64,000 nucleotides of DNA from Clostridia bacterium (GTDB taxonomy: Bacteria; Bacillota; Clostridia; Oscillospirales; CAG-382). Position 1 is the first letter of the stretch. Each line of letters starts with the position of its first letter. This document shows positions 1 to 9,232 of the stretch, one piece after another. The translations under genes and the position numbers were made by a program. The notes under the pieces are model-generated. The model ran no database searches. It was not told where the DNA came from and was given only the letters and a program-made list of their open reading frames with translations. Location: NCBI GenBank assembly GCA_017625615.1, contig JAGAKP010000060.1, forward strand, positions 24,005 to 88,004, read 5' to 3'.

Positions 1-551
1 TATTCGCCTACGAGCTTTACCGCATCCTCATCGGACATGGTTATAAAGCCCTCAAGCACGGGCACGGTGGTGGGAATATCGTATTCGGTCACCAAGGTTT
101 CGGGCTTGTCCATAGAAGCCACGCGGCTTTCCACGGGGTTGATAACGTATTTTATTATCTCTTTTTTCTGCTCCTCGGTAATTTCGCCGTAAATGGCGTA
201 TACCTTGGCACTGCGTATAAGAGGCTTTTCGCCGCAGGACATAAGCTGTATACACTGCGCCGCGCTGTCCGCACGCATATCAAACTGACCGGGCAGATAT
301 TCGGACGCAAATACGGTGTCCGCATCCGTATAAGGAAATTCATAGGTCACGTTATCAAGCTGAGGCTCGGAAAATACTGCGGAAACCGCCTTTTTAAAGT
401 TTTCCTCGCTTATATTCTCTGCATCGTAGCGGTTAAGCAGCTTTACTTCGGTAACGCCTTTTATGCCAAGCAGACCGTTAATATCTGCCTTTAATGCATC
501 TGCTTCAAGGGTAAGACCTTGCTTTTTTTCTACAAATAATCTGTATACCAT
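1..551 (-). CDS. purL: phosphoribosylformylglycinamidine synthase, N-terminal part (gene continues beyond the left edge)
   Basis: Missing from the ORF track because it runs off the window. My reverse-complement reading from the ATG at 551-549 gives MVYRLFVEKKQGLTLEADALKADINGLLGIKGVTEVKLLNRYDAENISEENFKKAVSAVFSEPQLD.... That is the N-terminal pattern I recall for single-chain clostridial FGAM synthases. The start is 3 nt after the purD stop, with a GAAGG RBS. Confidence 0.75.
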   Translation of the reverse strand, partial: MVYRLFVEKKQGLTLEADALKADINGLLGIKGVTEVKLLNRYDAENISEENFKKAVSAVFSEPQLDNVTYEFPYTDADTVFASEYLPGQFDMRADSAAQCIQLMSCGEKPLIRSAKVYAIYGEITEEQKKEIIKYVINPVESRVASMDKPETLVTEYDIPTTVPVLEGFITMSDEDAVKLVGE

Positions 552-554
552 ATA

Positions 555-1820
555 TCAGACCTTCGCTTTCATTGCTCTCGCGCCTATATCCTTGCGGAAG
601 TAAGCGTTTTCAAAGCCTATATTTTTTGTCGCGGCGTATGCTTTTTCTATCGCTTCGCCCAGTGTATCTCCGATGCAGGTAACGCCAAGCACACGTCCGC
701 CTGCGGAAACCAGCTTTCCGTCGGTTATTTTCGCGCCTGCGTAGTAGACCTCGCCGTCTATTTCTCCTACCTGCTTTATCTCGTAACCGCTTTCGTATTT
801 TCCGGGGTATCCCTTTGACGCCTGAATAACACAGCAAGCGTGCTTTGAAGCAAATTTTACCTCGCATTCACTTAATTTTCCGTCGCTTACGGCGCGCATA
901 ACGGTAAACAGATCGCTTTCAAGAAGGGGAAGGACTACCTGAGTTTCGGGATCTCCGAAACGGCAGTTATATTCAATAACCTTGGGGCCTGCGGGAGTAA
1001 GCATAAGTCCGAAGTACAGACATCCGCTGAAGGGACAGCCCTCTTTATTCATAGCGTCGATGGTGGGAAGGAAAATTTCCTTCATACATCTTTCCGCCAT
1101 ATCGGAGGTGTAATAGGGGTTGGGAGCAACTGTTCCCATACCGCCGGTGTTAAGCCCCTCGTCGTTATCTTTTGCGCGCTTGTGGTCCATGGAGGAAACC
1201 ATGGGAAAAACGGTCTTTCCGTCGGTAAACGCCAATACGGATACCTCGGGACCAGTAAGGAACTCTTCTATAATAATATTCTTTCCGCTGTCGCCAAAAC
1301 GGTTGTCAAGCATCATTTCCTTTACTGCCTGCACAGCTTCTTCTCTTGTTTCGGCAATAACAACGCCTTTACCGAGAGCAAGTCCGTCTGCCTTTACGAC
1401 AGTGGGAACGGGGCAGGACCTGACGTATTCAAGCGCTTTGTCCGCATCGGAAAAGCATTCTGCCTTTGCAGTGGGAATACCGTATTTGTTCATAAGATTT
1501 TTGGAAAAGACCTTGCTTCCCTCGATCTGCGCCGCCGCCTTGGAGGGCCCGAAGCAGGAAATACCCTTTTCACGAAGTCTGTCGCAAGCGCCGAGAACCA
1601 GAGGATCGTCGGGTGCCACCACTGCGTAATCTACGTTGTTTTCCAATGCAAAATTAACTATTCCGTCAAGGTCCTTCGCGCCGATATTTACGCAGGTTGC
1701 GTCTTTTGCAATACCGCCGTTTCCGGGAAGTGCGTAAAGCTCGGTTATCTCACTGCTCTTTTTAAGCGCTTTTATTATAGCGTGCTCGCGGCCTCCGCCG
1801 CCGACTACCATTACCTTCAT
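555..1820 (-). CDS. purD: phosphoribosylamine-glycine ligase
   Basis: 421 aa. N-terminal MKVMVVGGGGREHAI and an ATP-grasp body. Lies in the pur operon. GGAGG RBS. Confidence 0.95.
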   Translation of the reverse strand: MKVMVVGGGGREHAIIKALKKSSEITELYALPGNGGIAKDATCVNIGAKDLDGIVNFALENNVDYAVVAPDDPLVLGACDRLREKGISCFGPSKAAAQIEGSKVFSKNLMNKYGIPTAKAECFSDADKALEYVRSCPVPTVVKADGLALGKGVVIAETREEAVQAVKEMMLDNRFGDSGKNIIIEEFLTGPEVSVLAFTDGKTVFPMVSSMDHKRAKDNDEGLNTGGMGTVAPNPYYTSDMAERCMKEIFLPTIDAMNKEGCPFSGCLYFGLMLTPAGPKVIEYNCRFGDPETQVVLPLLESDLFTVMRAVSDGKLSECEVKFASKHACCVIQASKGYPGKYESGYEIKQVGEIDGEVYYAGAKITDGKLVSAGGRVLGVTCIGDTLGEAIEKAYAATKNIGFENAYFRKDIGARAMKAKV

Positions 1821-1844
1821 ATTTCGGTTTTACCTCCGGAAAAA

Positions 1845-3029
1845 TTAATGGTGGAACAGTCTTGTGCCGGTAAAGCACATTGCCATACCGTACTTATTGC
1901 AGGTTTCTATAACCTGATCGTCTCTTACGCTTCCGCCGGGCTGTGCCACGTAGGAAACTCCGCTTCTCTTGCCGCGTTCGATATTATCGCCGAAGGGGAA
2001 GAACGCGTCACTGCCGAGAGATACGCCGGTGATGGTATCCAGATACGCTCTCTGCTCTGCCTTGGTGAATACTGCGGGACATTCGGTAAAGAATTTCTGC
2101 CATTGGCCGTCTGCAAGTATCTCATCGGGATTTTCGGAAAGGTAAATATCTATGCAGTTATCTCTGTCGGGTCTGCCGATATCAGCCTTAAAGGGGAGAT
2201 TAAGGCATTTTTCGTGCTGTCTTAAGTGCCAGAGGTCCGCTTTGCTTCCCGCAAGACGGGTGCAGAGTATACGGGACTGCTGTCCCGCGCCTACGCCGAT
2301 AGCCTGTCCGTCATAAGCGTAGCATACGGAGTTGGACTGTGTGTATTTAAGAGTAATAAGTGCGATAACAAGGTCGCGCTTTGCTTCATCGGAAAGAGTC
2401 TTGTTTTCGGTGACCACGTTGTTAAGGCATTCGGGATCGATCTTAAGGTTGTTTCTGCCCTGCTCGAAGGTTATGCCGAACACCTGCTTCTTTTCTGCCT
2501 CTGCGGGAACGTAGTCGGGGTCTATTTTTACTATATTATAGCTGCCCTTGCGCTTGGATTTAAGTATTTCAAGTGCTTCGTCGGTGTAGCCGGGTGCGAT
2601 AATACCGTCGGAAACCTCGCGCTTTATTATCATAGCGGTGGTAGCGTCGCATTGGCGGGAGAGAGCTATCCAGTCGCCGAAGGAGGACTGTCTGTCGGTA
2701 CCTCTTGCTCTTGCATAAGCACAGGCGAGAGGGCTTTCGTCAAGACCTTCTATATCGTCAACGAAGAACGCCTTTTTCTGTGCCTCGGAAAGAGGGTTAC
2801 CCACTGCGGCAGAGGTAGGGGAAACGTGCTTGAAGGAGGTTGCCGCAGGCATACCAAGAGCCGCATCAAGCTCCTTTACCAACTGCCATGAATTGAAGGC
2901 ATCGAGAAAGTTTATATATCCCGGTCTGCCGTTAAGAATTTCAACGGGCAGGTCTGTTCCGTCTTCCATATATATTTTGGCATTCTTCTGGTTGGGGTTA
3001 CAGCCGTATTTAAGTACAAATTCTTTCAT
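1845..3029 (-). CDS. purH: AICAR formyltransferase (PurH formyltransferase domain only; no MGS-like IMP cyclohydrolase domain)
   Basis: 394 aa. It starts directly with LKYGCNPNQKNAKIY, matching the AICARFT LRYGENPHQ motif. The roughly 200-aa N-terminal IMPCH domain of bifunctional PurH is absent. Confidence 0.85.
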   Translation of the reverse strand: MKEFVLKYGCNPNQKNAKIYMEDGTDLPVEILNGRPGYINFLDAFNSWQLVKELDAALGMPAATSFKHVSPTSAAVGNPLSEAQKKAFFVDDIEGLDESPLACAYARARGTDRQSSFGDWIALSRQCDATTAMIIKREVSDGIIAPGYTDEALEILKSKRKGSYNIVKIDPDYVPAEAEKKQVFGITFEQGRNNLKIDPECLNNVVTENKTLSDEAKRDLVIALITLKYTQSNSVCYAYDGQAIGVGAGQQSRILCTRLAGSKADLWHLRQHEKCLNLPFKADIGRPDRDNCIDIYLSENPDEILADGQWQKFFTECPAVFTKAEQRAYLDTITGVSLGSDAFFPFGDNIERGKRSGVSYVAQPGGSVRDDQVIETCNKYGMAMCFTGTRLFHH

Positions 3030-3076
3030 ATTTAGTTTATACCTCTCTTTTTTGTCGGAGTGTTGTCGGGTGTTTC

Positions 3077-3175
3077 TCGGGGTCCCCGAGAAAGCGTTTT
3101 TAACATTATGGATTTGTTTGTTGCGGGCGATTCGTGAATCGCCCCTACTTATCTAAAAACCTTTCTTGGGGTGAT
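3077..3175 (+). repeat. long-form intergenic structured repeat between purH and purB
   Basis: TCGGGGTCCCC-GAGAAAG ... GGGCGATT cgtg AATCGCCC-CTAC-TTATCTAAAAAC-CTTTCTT-GGGGTGAT. It ends at the base before the purB stop codon. Confidence 0.85.
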
Positions 3176-4606
3176 TTAAACTGTCAAGTCACTGCCTGCG
3201 CCGTCAACAAAATATTTTTCTATTATGGGATTGGCTACCGAAGCAATAAATTCTTCCGTCTGATGCACGCTTCTGCCTATATATTTTTCGGGAAGCAGCA
3301 GGGAATTAATTTCTTCTTCCGTAAGCCCGAATTTTTCGTCGGCGGCAATACGCTTTATAAGGTCGTTTTCCTTGCCCTCAAGCTTTACCTGTGCCGCGGC
3401 GGCGTGGGAGTGAACACGCAGTCTTTCGTGCAATTCCTGTCTGTCACCGCCCGCTTCAACGGCGCGCATCATAATATTTTCGGTAGCCATAAAGGGGAGC
3501 TTTTCCATTACTCGGCGGTTTATAACCTTATCGTATACCACCATTCCGTTCGTTACGTTTATATAAATGTTAAGAATAGCATCCACCGCAAGGAACGCTT
3601 CCGAGGTGGATATTCTTCTGTTTGCGCTGTCGTCAAGGGTGCGCTCAAACCACTGCGTGCCTGCGGTGAAGGCGGGGTTCAGTGAATCGGTTATAACGTA
3701 TCTTGCCAAGGCGGATATACGCTCGCATCTCATGGGGTTGCGCTTATAGGGCATTGCCGAAGAGCCTACCTGATTCTTTCCGAAGGGCTCCTCTATCTCC
3801 TCAAAGGACTGAAGCAGACGAATATCGTTTGAGAACTTGTACGCGCTCTGTGCAAATCCGGAAAGGACGGAAAGGAAGTATGCGTCCACCTTTCTCGAAT
3901 AAGTCTGTCCCGAAACGGGCACTACGCCCATACCGTAATCTGCGGCGATAAGGTCTTCTACGCGCTTTACCTTTTCTTCGTCACCGCCGAAAAGCTCAAG
4001 AAAGCTTGCCTGCGTACCCGTGGTACCCTTTGAGCCAAGCATCTTTAATTCGCTTACTCTGTGCTCAAGCTCTTGTATATCCATTGCAAGCTCGTACATC
4101 CACAGAGTTGCGCGCTTGCCCACGGTGGTAAGCTGTGCAGGCTGAAGGTGGGTGTATGCAAGGCAGGGGAGGGACTTGTATTTTTCGGCAAATTCCGCAA
4201 GGTTCTTCATAACCGCGGCGGCTTTTTTAAGCACTATCTCGGATGCCTGCTTAAGAATGATGACGTCGGTATTATCACCAACGTAACAGCTCGTCGCACC
4301 GAGGTGGATAATAGGCTCTGCCTCGGGACACTGCTCGCCGAAGGTGTGTATATGCGCCATAACGTCGTGGCGTACCTTTTTCTCCCACTCAGCCGCTTTT
4401 TCATAGTCAACGTCGTCCTTGTGGGCTTCCATCTGCGCTATCTGCTCGTCGGTTATGTTAAGACCGCACGTCTTTTCCGCCTTTGCAAGGGATATCCACA
4501 GCCTTCTCCAGGTGCGGAACTTGTTGTTATCCGAAAAAACGTACTGCATCTCGTCGCTTGCGTAGCGGGTGGAGAGAGGGGATACGTATCTGTCGTGTCT
4601 GTCCAT
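3176..4606 (-). CDS. purB: adenylosuccinate lyase
   Basis: 476 aa. Carries the fumarate-lyase signature VGSSAMPYKRNPM. Pur operon context. Confidence 0.95.
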   Translation of the reverse strand: MDRHDRYVSPLSTRYASDEMQYVFSDNNKFRTWRRLWISLAKAEKTCGLNITDEQIAQMEAHKDDVDYEKAAEWEKKVRHDVMAHIHTFGEQCPEAEPIIHLGATSCYVGDNTDVIILKQASEIVLKKAAAVMKNLAEFAEKYKSLPCLAYTHLQPAQLTTVGKRATLWMYELAMDIQELEHRVSELKMLGSKGTTGTQASFLELFGGDEEKVKRVEDLIAADYGMGVVPVSGQTYSRKVDAYFLSVLSGFAQSAYKFSNDIRLLQSFEEIEEPFGKNQVGSSAMPYKRNPMRCERISALARYVITDSLNPAFTAGTQWFERTLDDSANRRISTSEAFLAVDAILNIYINVTNGMVVYDKVINRRVMEKLPFMATENIMMRAVEAGGDRQELHERLRVHSHAAAAQVKLEGKENDLIKRIAADEKFGLTEEEINSLLLPEKYIGRSVHQTEEFIASVANPIIEKYFVDGAGSDLTV

Positions 4607-4608
4607 TA

Positions 4609-5331
4609 TTAATTACCGTTTTTGTTTATTATAACGTCCTGCTTGCTTCCGTCTGCAAGGCAGGTGTATCTTACGTAAAGGGATATCTTGTTTTCTTCGT
4701 TAAGAGAGGACCATACTTCGTTCGCAAAGGAATCCATATCTCCGCAAATCTTTACTCTCTTGGGCTCGCCGGTGAAGGTGGGGAGAGGGTTTCCGTCCGC
4801 GTTATAGGTGTGGATAAAGTGACCAAGCCCTGCGGTGGGTGCATAGGAGTAAGTGAATCTGTTGCAGGCGGTTCCTTCGGGGTCTGCGGATTTAAGTATG
4901 CTCAATTTATAGGAATATCCGTTTTCAAAATCCTGCAGTATGGATATTCTGGGAGTGAGATTGGGCGCATCAGGCTCAAAGCAACGGGTCTCAAGTCCCT
5001 GCTCGAAGGTCATACCTTTTTCAAGATGCTCGTATACCGTGTCGGTCTGGTCGCCGTTGGTGGTTATCAGCTTGTTTTCAAACTTTCTGCAAGCGGCATA
5101 TATAATAAGAGAGGGGTCTTTTACCTTGCTTTCATCAAAAGCCTTGGTAATAATTGCACCGTCTTCACGCTCGGCAAAAACACGGTTACGGGAGTTTTCG
5201 CTTCTGCCCATAATAAAGTATGCGGTAACAGCATATTTTCCGCTTTCGTCAAGACCTGCAATAATACCTCTGCCGGGGTAGGGGTTGTTGCCAACCAGTT
5301 CGTTTATTGTGTAAGACTCGTATACGCTCAT
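4609..5331 (-). CDS. IMP cyclohydrolase, PurO-like (archaeal type)
   Basis: 240 aa. The N-terminus PGRGIIAGLDESGKYAVTAYFIMGRSENSRNR resembles the PurO GR-x-AxG...AY...RS..R pattern. It sits in the pur operon, which otherwise lacks the IMPCH domain. Confidence 0.7.
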   Translation of the reverse strand: MSVYESYTINELVGNNPYPGRGIIAGLDESGKYAVTAYFIMGRSENSRNRVFAEREDGAIITKAFDESKVKDPSLIIYAACRKFENKLITTNGDQTDTVYEHLEKGMTFEQGLETRCFEPDAPNLTPRISILQDFENGYSYKLSILKSADPEGTACNRFTYSYAPTAGLGHFIHTYNADGNPLPTFTGEPKRVKICGDMDSFANEVWSSLNEENKISLYVRYTCLADGSKQDVIINKNGN

Positions 5332-5335
5332 TTTC

Positions 5336-5944
5336 TTATTCTCCTTTTTCTTTCATTATCCGTGCGGAAACCTTTTCCGCCGCAAGGGGGAGTATTATCC
5401 ACTCCGCCTCCTCCATAACTCGTCTTTGGAGCGTTTCGGGAGTGTCGCCGTCTTTTACCTCAACTGCTTTCTGGGCGATTATTTCGCCGCCGTCGCAAAC
5501 CTCGTTTACGAAATGTACCGTAGCACCCGTTACCTTAACACCCTTTGCCAGAGCCGCCTCGTGAACGTGAAGCCCGTAAAAGCCTTCTCCGCAAAAAGAG
5601 GGGATAAGTGCGGGATGTACGTTTATTATACGGTCAGGATACCGCTTTGTAAAATTCTCGCTGAGTATGCACATAAAGCCCGCAAGGATTATTATTTCTG
5701 CCTTTACGTCCTCGATAATGCGTATAAGCTCTGCTTCAAATCCTTTTCCAAGCTCTTTTTTATTGGCAACGTAGCCTTTTATACCTGCGTTTTCGGCGCG
5801 CTTCAGCGCGTATACGTCGGGCTTGTTGGATATTACCGCAACGATTTCGCCGCTGTTTATAATACCGCTGTTTTGCGCGTCTATAAGCGCTTGAAGATTT
5901 GTTCCGCCGCCGGAAACAAGGACTGCTATTTTTGTCTTTTCCAT
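5336..5944 (-). CDS. purN: phosphoribosylglycinamide formyltransferase
   Basis: 202 aa. Motifs VLVSGGGTNLQALID and NVHPALIPSFCG. Confidence 0.93.
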   Translation of the reverse strand: MEKTKIAVLVSGGGTNLQALIDAQNSGIINSGEIVAVISNKPDVYALKRAENAGIKGYVANKKELGKGFEAELIRIIEDVKAEIIILAGFMCILSENFTKRYPDRIINVHPALIPSFCGEGFYGLHVHEAALAKGVKVTGATVHFVNEVCDGGEIIAQKAVEVKDGDTPETLQRRVMEEAEWIILPLAAEKVSARIMKEKGE

Positions 5945-5954
5945 CTTCTTTTCC

Positions 5955-7004
5955 TTAAGCGATAACTATTTTTTCGTTTCCTTCGGAAATGCTTCCGATA
6001 ACGTAGGCGTCCTCGCCGTTTGCTTTAAGCACCTCGAGTGCGGTATCCACGTCCTCGGGAGAAACCACAATACTCATTCCCACGCCCATATTATAGGTGT
6101 TGAACATATCTCTTTCGGGGATATTGCCGTCCTTTGCAATAACCTCGAATATGGGAAGCACCTTTACCGCGCTTCTGTCGATATTTGCGCAAAGTCCGTC
6201 GGGAACGGAGCGGGGAATATTTTCGTAAAAGCCGCCGCCGGTAATATGGGATATGCCCTTTACGTTAACCTTTTCAAGAAGAGCAAGGACTGGCTTAACG
6301 TATATTCTGGTGGGAACGAGCAGCGCCTCCGCCACCGTTTTGCCGTCCAATTCCTCGCGGGGGACGTAAAGGTTGGGGTTATTATTATCTATATCGAACA
6401 CCTTGCGGCACAGAGAAAATCCGTTGGAGTGGATACCCGTGGAGGGAAGGGCTATAATAACGTCCCCTGCCGCCATTTTCGTGTTGTCGATGATTTTCTT
6501 TTTGTCTACCACGCCTACGGTAAAGCCCGCAAGGTCGTATTCGTTTTCGGGCATCATACCGGGATGCTCTGCGGTCTCACCGCCGATAAGGGCGCATCCG
6601 GACTGAACGCATCCCTCCGCAACGCCTGCAACAAGCTCTGCAATGCGCTCGGGCACGTTCTTTCCGCAAGCAATATAATCAAGGAAGAAGAGAGGCTTTG
6701 CGCCGACGCAGATAACGTCGTTAACGCACATAGCCACGCAGTCGATACCGATAGTATCGTGCTTGTCGGTAAGTATTGCAAGCTTGAGCTTGGTGCCGAC
6801 ACCGTCAGTACCGGAAACGAGCACGGGCTCGTCCATTCCTGCGATATTCAGCCCGAAGCAGCCGCCGAATCCGCCAACGTCGTCAAGACAGCCCTCGTTA
6901 CGGGTGCGTGCAACGTGCTTCTTCATAAGCTCAACGGCTTTGTAGCCCGCGGTGATATCAACGCCGGCAGTAGCGTAGCTTTCGGAATAAGACTGTGAAT
7001 GCAT
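5955..7004 (-). CDS. purM: phosphoribosylformylglycinamidine cyclo-ligase (AIR synthase)
   Basis: 349 aa. Motifs GGFGG and [11 protein letters not shown]. Confidence 0.95.
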   Translation of the reverse strand: MHSQSYSESYATAGVDITAGYKAVELMKKHVARTRNEGCLDDVGGFGGCFGLNIAGMDEPVLVSGTDGVGTKLKLAILTDKHDTIGIDCVAMCVNDVICVGAKPLFFLDYIACGKNVPERIAELVAGVAEGCVQSGCALIGGETAEHPGMMPENEYDLAGFTVGVVDKKKIIDNTKMAAGDVIIALPSTGIHSNGFSLCRKVFDIDNNNPNLYVPREELDGKTVAEALLVPTRIYVKPVLALLEKVNVKGISHITGGGFYENIPRSVPDGLCANIDRSAVKVLPIFEVIAKDGNIPERDMFNTYNMGVGMSIVVSPEDVDTALEVLKANGEDAYVIGSISEGNEKIVIA

Positions 7005-7065
7005 AATATTTTCTCCTTCTGCCGTTAAAACGGCAAGTGATTTTTAATTTAGTGGTGACTTTTTC

Positions 7066-7104
7066 TCGGGGTCCCCAAAAATGCGAAAGCATTTTAGGGG
7101 TGAT
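7066..7104 (+). repeat. short-form repeat unit between purM and purF
   Basis: TCGGGGTCCCC AAAAATGC gaaa GCATTTT AGGGGTGAT. Confidence 0.85.
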
Positions 7105-7110
7105 TTTTTT

Positions 7111-7210
7111 TCGGGGTCCCCGCAAAAGCGTTTTTCACGGTATATTCTTTTGGCTTCAGGGGTGTTTCGTGAAACACCCTTCCTTATCTGAAAAAACTTT
7201 TGTGGGGTGA
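7111..7210 (+). repeat. long-form repeat unit abutting the purF stop codon
   Basis: TCGGGGTCCCC-GCAAAAG ... GGGTGTTT cgtg AAACACCC ... TTATCTGAAAAAAC-CTTTTGT-GGGGTGA, followed by TTA (the purF stop). The arms covary with the 3077-3175 copy. Confidence 0.85.
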
Positions 7211-8635
7211 TTATTCTTTGCCGGTCCAGCAGTAAGTGCAGAGTTTACATTCGGGCAAGCCGATAGCTTCTATAATACCCTCAAGGGACTGGAAATCGAG
7301 AGATGAGAATTTGAACTTCTCGCAAATAGTATTTCTTAATTTTCTGCCTCTTTCGGAAGAAGAATCCAGATATTCGTCAATATGCTTCAAGCCTTCGTCG
7401 CCCTCCAGCTCAGCAATGGTGCGTCTGGCGATAAGCTCCATTTCGCTTCTTCCCCTGGAAAAGTTAAGGTATTTGCAGTTATACATTATAGGCGGGCAGG
7501 CGCTTCTCATATGCACTTCCTTTGCACCGTTATCGTAAAGAAAATCCACGGTTTCCTTCAGCTGCGTGCCTCTTACTATAGAATCGTCCACAAAAAGCAG
7601 CTTTTTGTCCCGAATAAGCTCGGGCACGGGGATCTGCTTCATTTTTGCAATACGGTTTCTGTCTACCTGCTTTGCGGGAGTAAAGCTTCTTTGCCAGGTG
7701 GGAGTATATTTAATAAAGGGACGGGAAAAAGGCGCGGCGTTTTTGTTCGCATATCCAATAGCGTGGGGAACACCGGAATCCGGCATACCGCTTACGTAAT
7801 CCAGATCCTGAGCCACACCGCACTTTTTGTCATGTTCAGCCATTATCTCGCCGTTGCGGTAGCGCATAAGCTCTACGTTGACCCCCTCGTAGCTGGAGGA
7901 GGAGTAACCGTAATAAGACCAAAGAAATGCGCATATCTTCATTTCCTTGCCCGGCTCCGCAAGTCTTGTCATACCGTCCTTGGTAATTTCAACTATTTCA
8001 CCGGGGCCCAATTCGCATACGTCCTTGTAACCCAATTTTTGGTACGCAAAGGATTCAAAGGAGGCACAATATCCGTTTTCGTTTTTTCCTATCAGCAGAG
8101 GAGTTCTGCCCAATTTATCGCGTGCGGCAATAATTCCGCCGTCGTCTTTCAATATGAGGAGTGAAAGGCTTCCCTCAATAAGCTCCTGAACAAACTTTAT
8201 GCCTTCAACAAAGTTTTCCTTGCGGCTTATAAGCGCGGCGGCAAGGTCGGTGGAGTTTACCGCTCCGCCGGTCATAGCGTTGAAGTGTCCGCTGCTTGCG
8301 CTGAAATATTTATCTATAAGCTCGTCGGAATTATTAATAACTCCCACGGTACAAATTGCAAATTTACCCAAAGCCGAGCGAATAATCAAGGGCTGGGGAT
8401 CGCTGTCGCTTATACAACCGATGGCGGAGGTTCCCGTCATTTCATCAAAAATATGCTCAAACTTCGTTCTGAAGGGCGAGTTTTCGATATTGTGAATATC
8501 TCGCTGAAGTCCTCTCTTGGGATCAAATGCCGCCATACCTCCGCGGCGGGTACCCAGATGGGAATGATAGTCTGTACCGAAAAAAACGTCCTCAATAGCA
8601 TCGCCCTTGCAAGCGGCGCCGAAAAAACCACCCAT
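7211..8635 (-). CDS. purF: amidophosphoribosyltransferase homologue lacking the N-terminal catalytic Cys
   Basis: 474 aa with a class-II GATase-like N-domain and a PRTase domain ([13 protein letters not shown]). It begins MGGFFG rather than MCG. The start is supported by an AGAAAGG RBS and by the purE stop 36 nt upstream. Confidence 0.8.
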   Translation of the reverse strand: MGGFFGAACKGDAIEDVFFGTDYHSHLGTRRGGMAAFDPKRGLQRDIHNIENSPFRTKFEHIFDEMTGTSAIGCISDSDPQPLIIRSALGKFAICTVGVINNSDELIDKYFSASSGHFNAMTGGAVNSTDLAAALISRKENFVEGIKFVQELIEGSLSLLILKDDGGIIAARDKLGRTPLLIGKNENGYCASFESFAYQKLGYKDVCELGPGEIVEITKDGMTRLAEPGKEMKICAFLWSYYGYSSSSYEGVNVELMRYRNGEIMAEHDKKCGVAQDLDYVSGMPDSGVPHAIGYANKNAAPFSRPFIKYTPTWQRSFTPAKQVDRNRIAKMKQIPVPELIRDKKLLFVDDSIVRGTQLKETVDFLYDNGAKEVHMRSACPPIMYNCKYLNFSRGRSEMELIARRTIAELEGDEGLKHIDEYLDSSSERGRKLRNTICEKFKFSSLDFQSLEGIIEAIGLPECKLCTYCWTGKE

Positions 8636-8671
8636 AACGTGTATACTACCTTTCTTTTGCCTGTGTTGTGC

Positions 8672-9157
8672 TTACCGTCCGTTTACCGCGGCGTCCTTTG
8701 CCAGAACCTTTTCCGCGTCAGAAACTCTCTTTGCGTCCAGCTTTGCGGCCAGTTCTTCGTCGGAAAGAGCTATCATCTGTGCGGCGAGAAGTGCGGCGTT
8801 TACCGCTCCGTCAACGGCGACGGTGGCAACGGGTATGCCGGAGGGCATCTGTACCGTTGAAAGGAGGGCGTCCAGACCGTTGAATTTGCTTCCGCTTATG
8901 GGAATTCCGATAACGGGCAGAGTGGTAGCGGCGGCAACGGCACCTGCAAGGTGAGCCGCCATACCTGCGGCGCATATCATCACGCCGTAGCCGTTGTCAC
9001 GTGCTTCCATAGCAAAAAGACGCACCTGCTCCGGCGTTCTGTGTGCCGATAACACGCGCATCGTATAGGGTATTCCCAAAGCGTCAAGAACGTCCGCAGC
9101 CTTGGATACTACGGGCATATCACTGTCGCTTCCCATTATAATTGCAACTTTTTTCAT
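8672..9157 (-). CDS. purE: 5-(carboxyamino)imidazole ribonucleotide mutase
   Basis: Motifs [15 protein letters not shown] and SAHRTPE. I chose the ATG at 9157, preceded by GGGAGG plus a 5-nt spacer, over the track start at 9181. Confidence 0.9.
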   Translation of the reverse strand: MKKVAIIMGSDSDMPVVSKAADVLDALGIPYTMRVLSAHRTPEQVRLFAMEARDNGYGVMICAAGMAAHLAGAVAAATTLPVIGIPISGSKFNGLDALLSTVQMPSGIPVATVAVDGAVNAALLAAQMIALSDEELAAKLDAKRVSDAEKVLAKDAAVNGR

Positions 9158-9232
9158 AAAAACCTCCCAATATAAAAACAAAAATCAAAAAAGGACAGTC
9201 CTCTGCCGCTTTTAAAAAAAACACGCTTTGGG

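Noticed and set aside
52-343. Two small minus-strand ORFs at the left edge
   Set aside because: They are out of frame inside the purL N-terminal coding region, which the track missed because it runs off the window.
1182-2225. Other long antisense ORFs (1182-2225, 9550-10209, 11926-12900, 30347-31279, 38644-39657, 41912-42886, 47039-48076, 50890-51735, 60188-60979 and many shorter ones)
   Set aside because: Each is fully embedded opposite a gene with strong family motifs. Their compositions are odd and Cys/Gly/Arg-rich, they lack an RBS, and they have no independent intergenic context.
9182-9232. Terminator stem of the ZTP riboswitch expression platform
   Set aside because: U-runs are present, but I could not draw a stable hairpin involving the 3' aptamer strand. 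The best candidates have 4-6 bp with 3-nt loops. I left it unresolved rather than annotating it.
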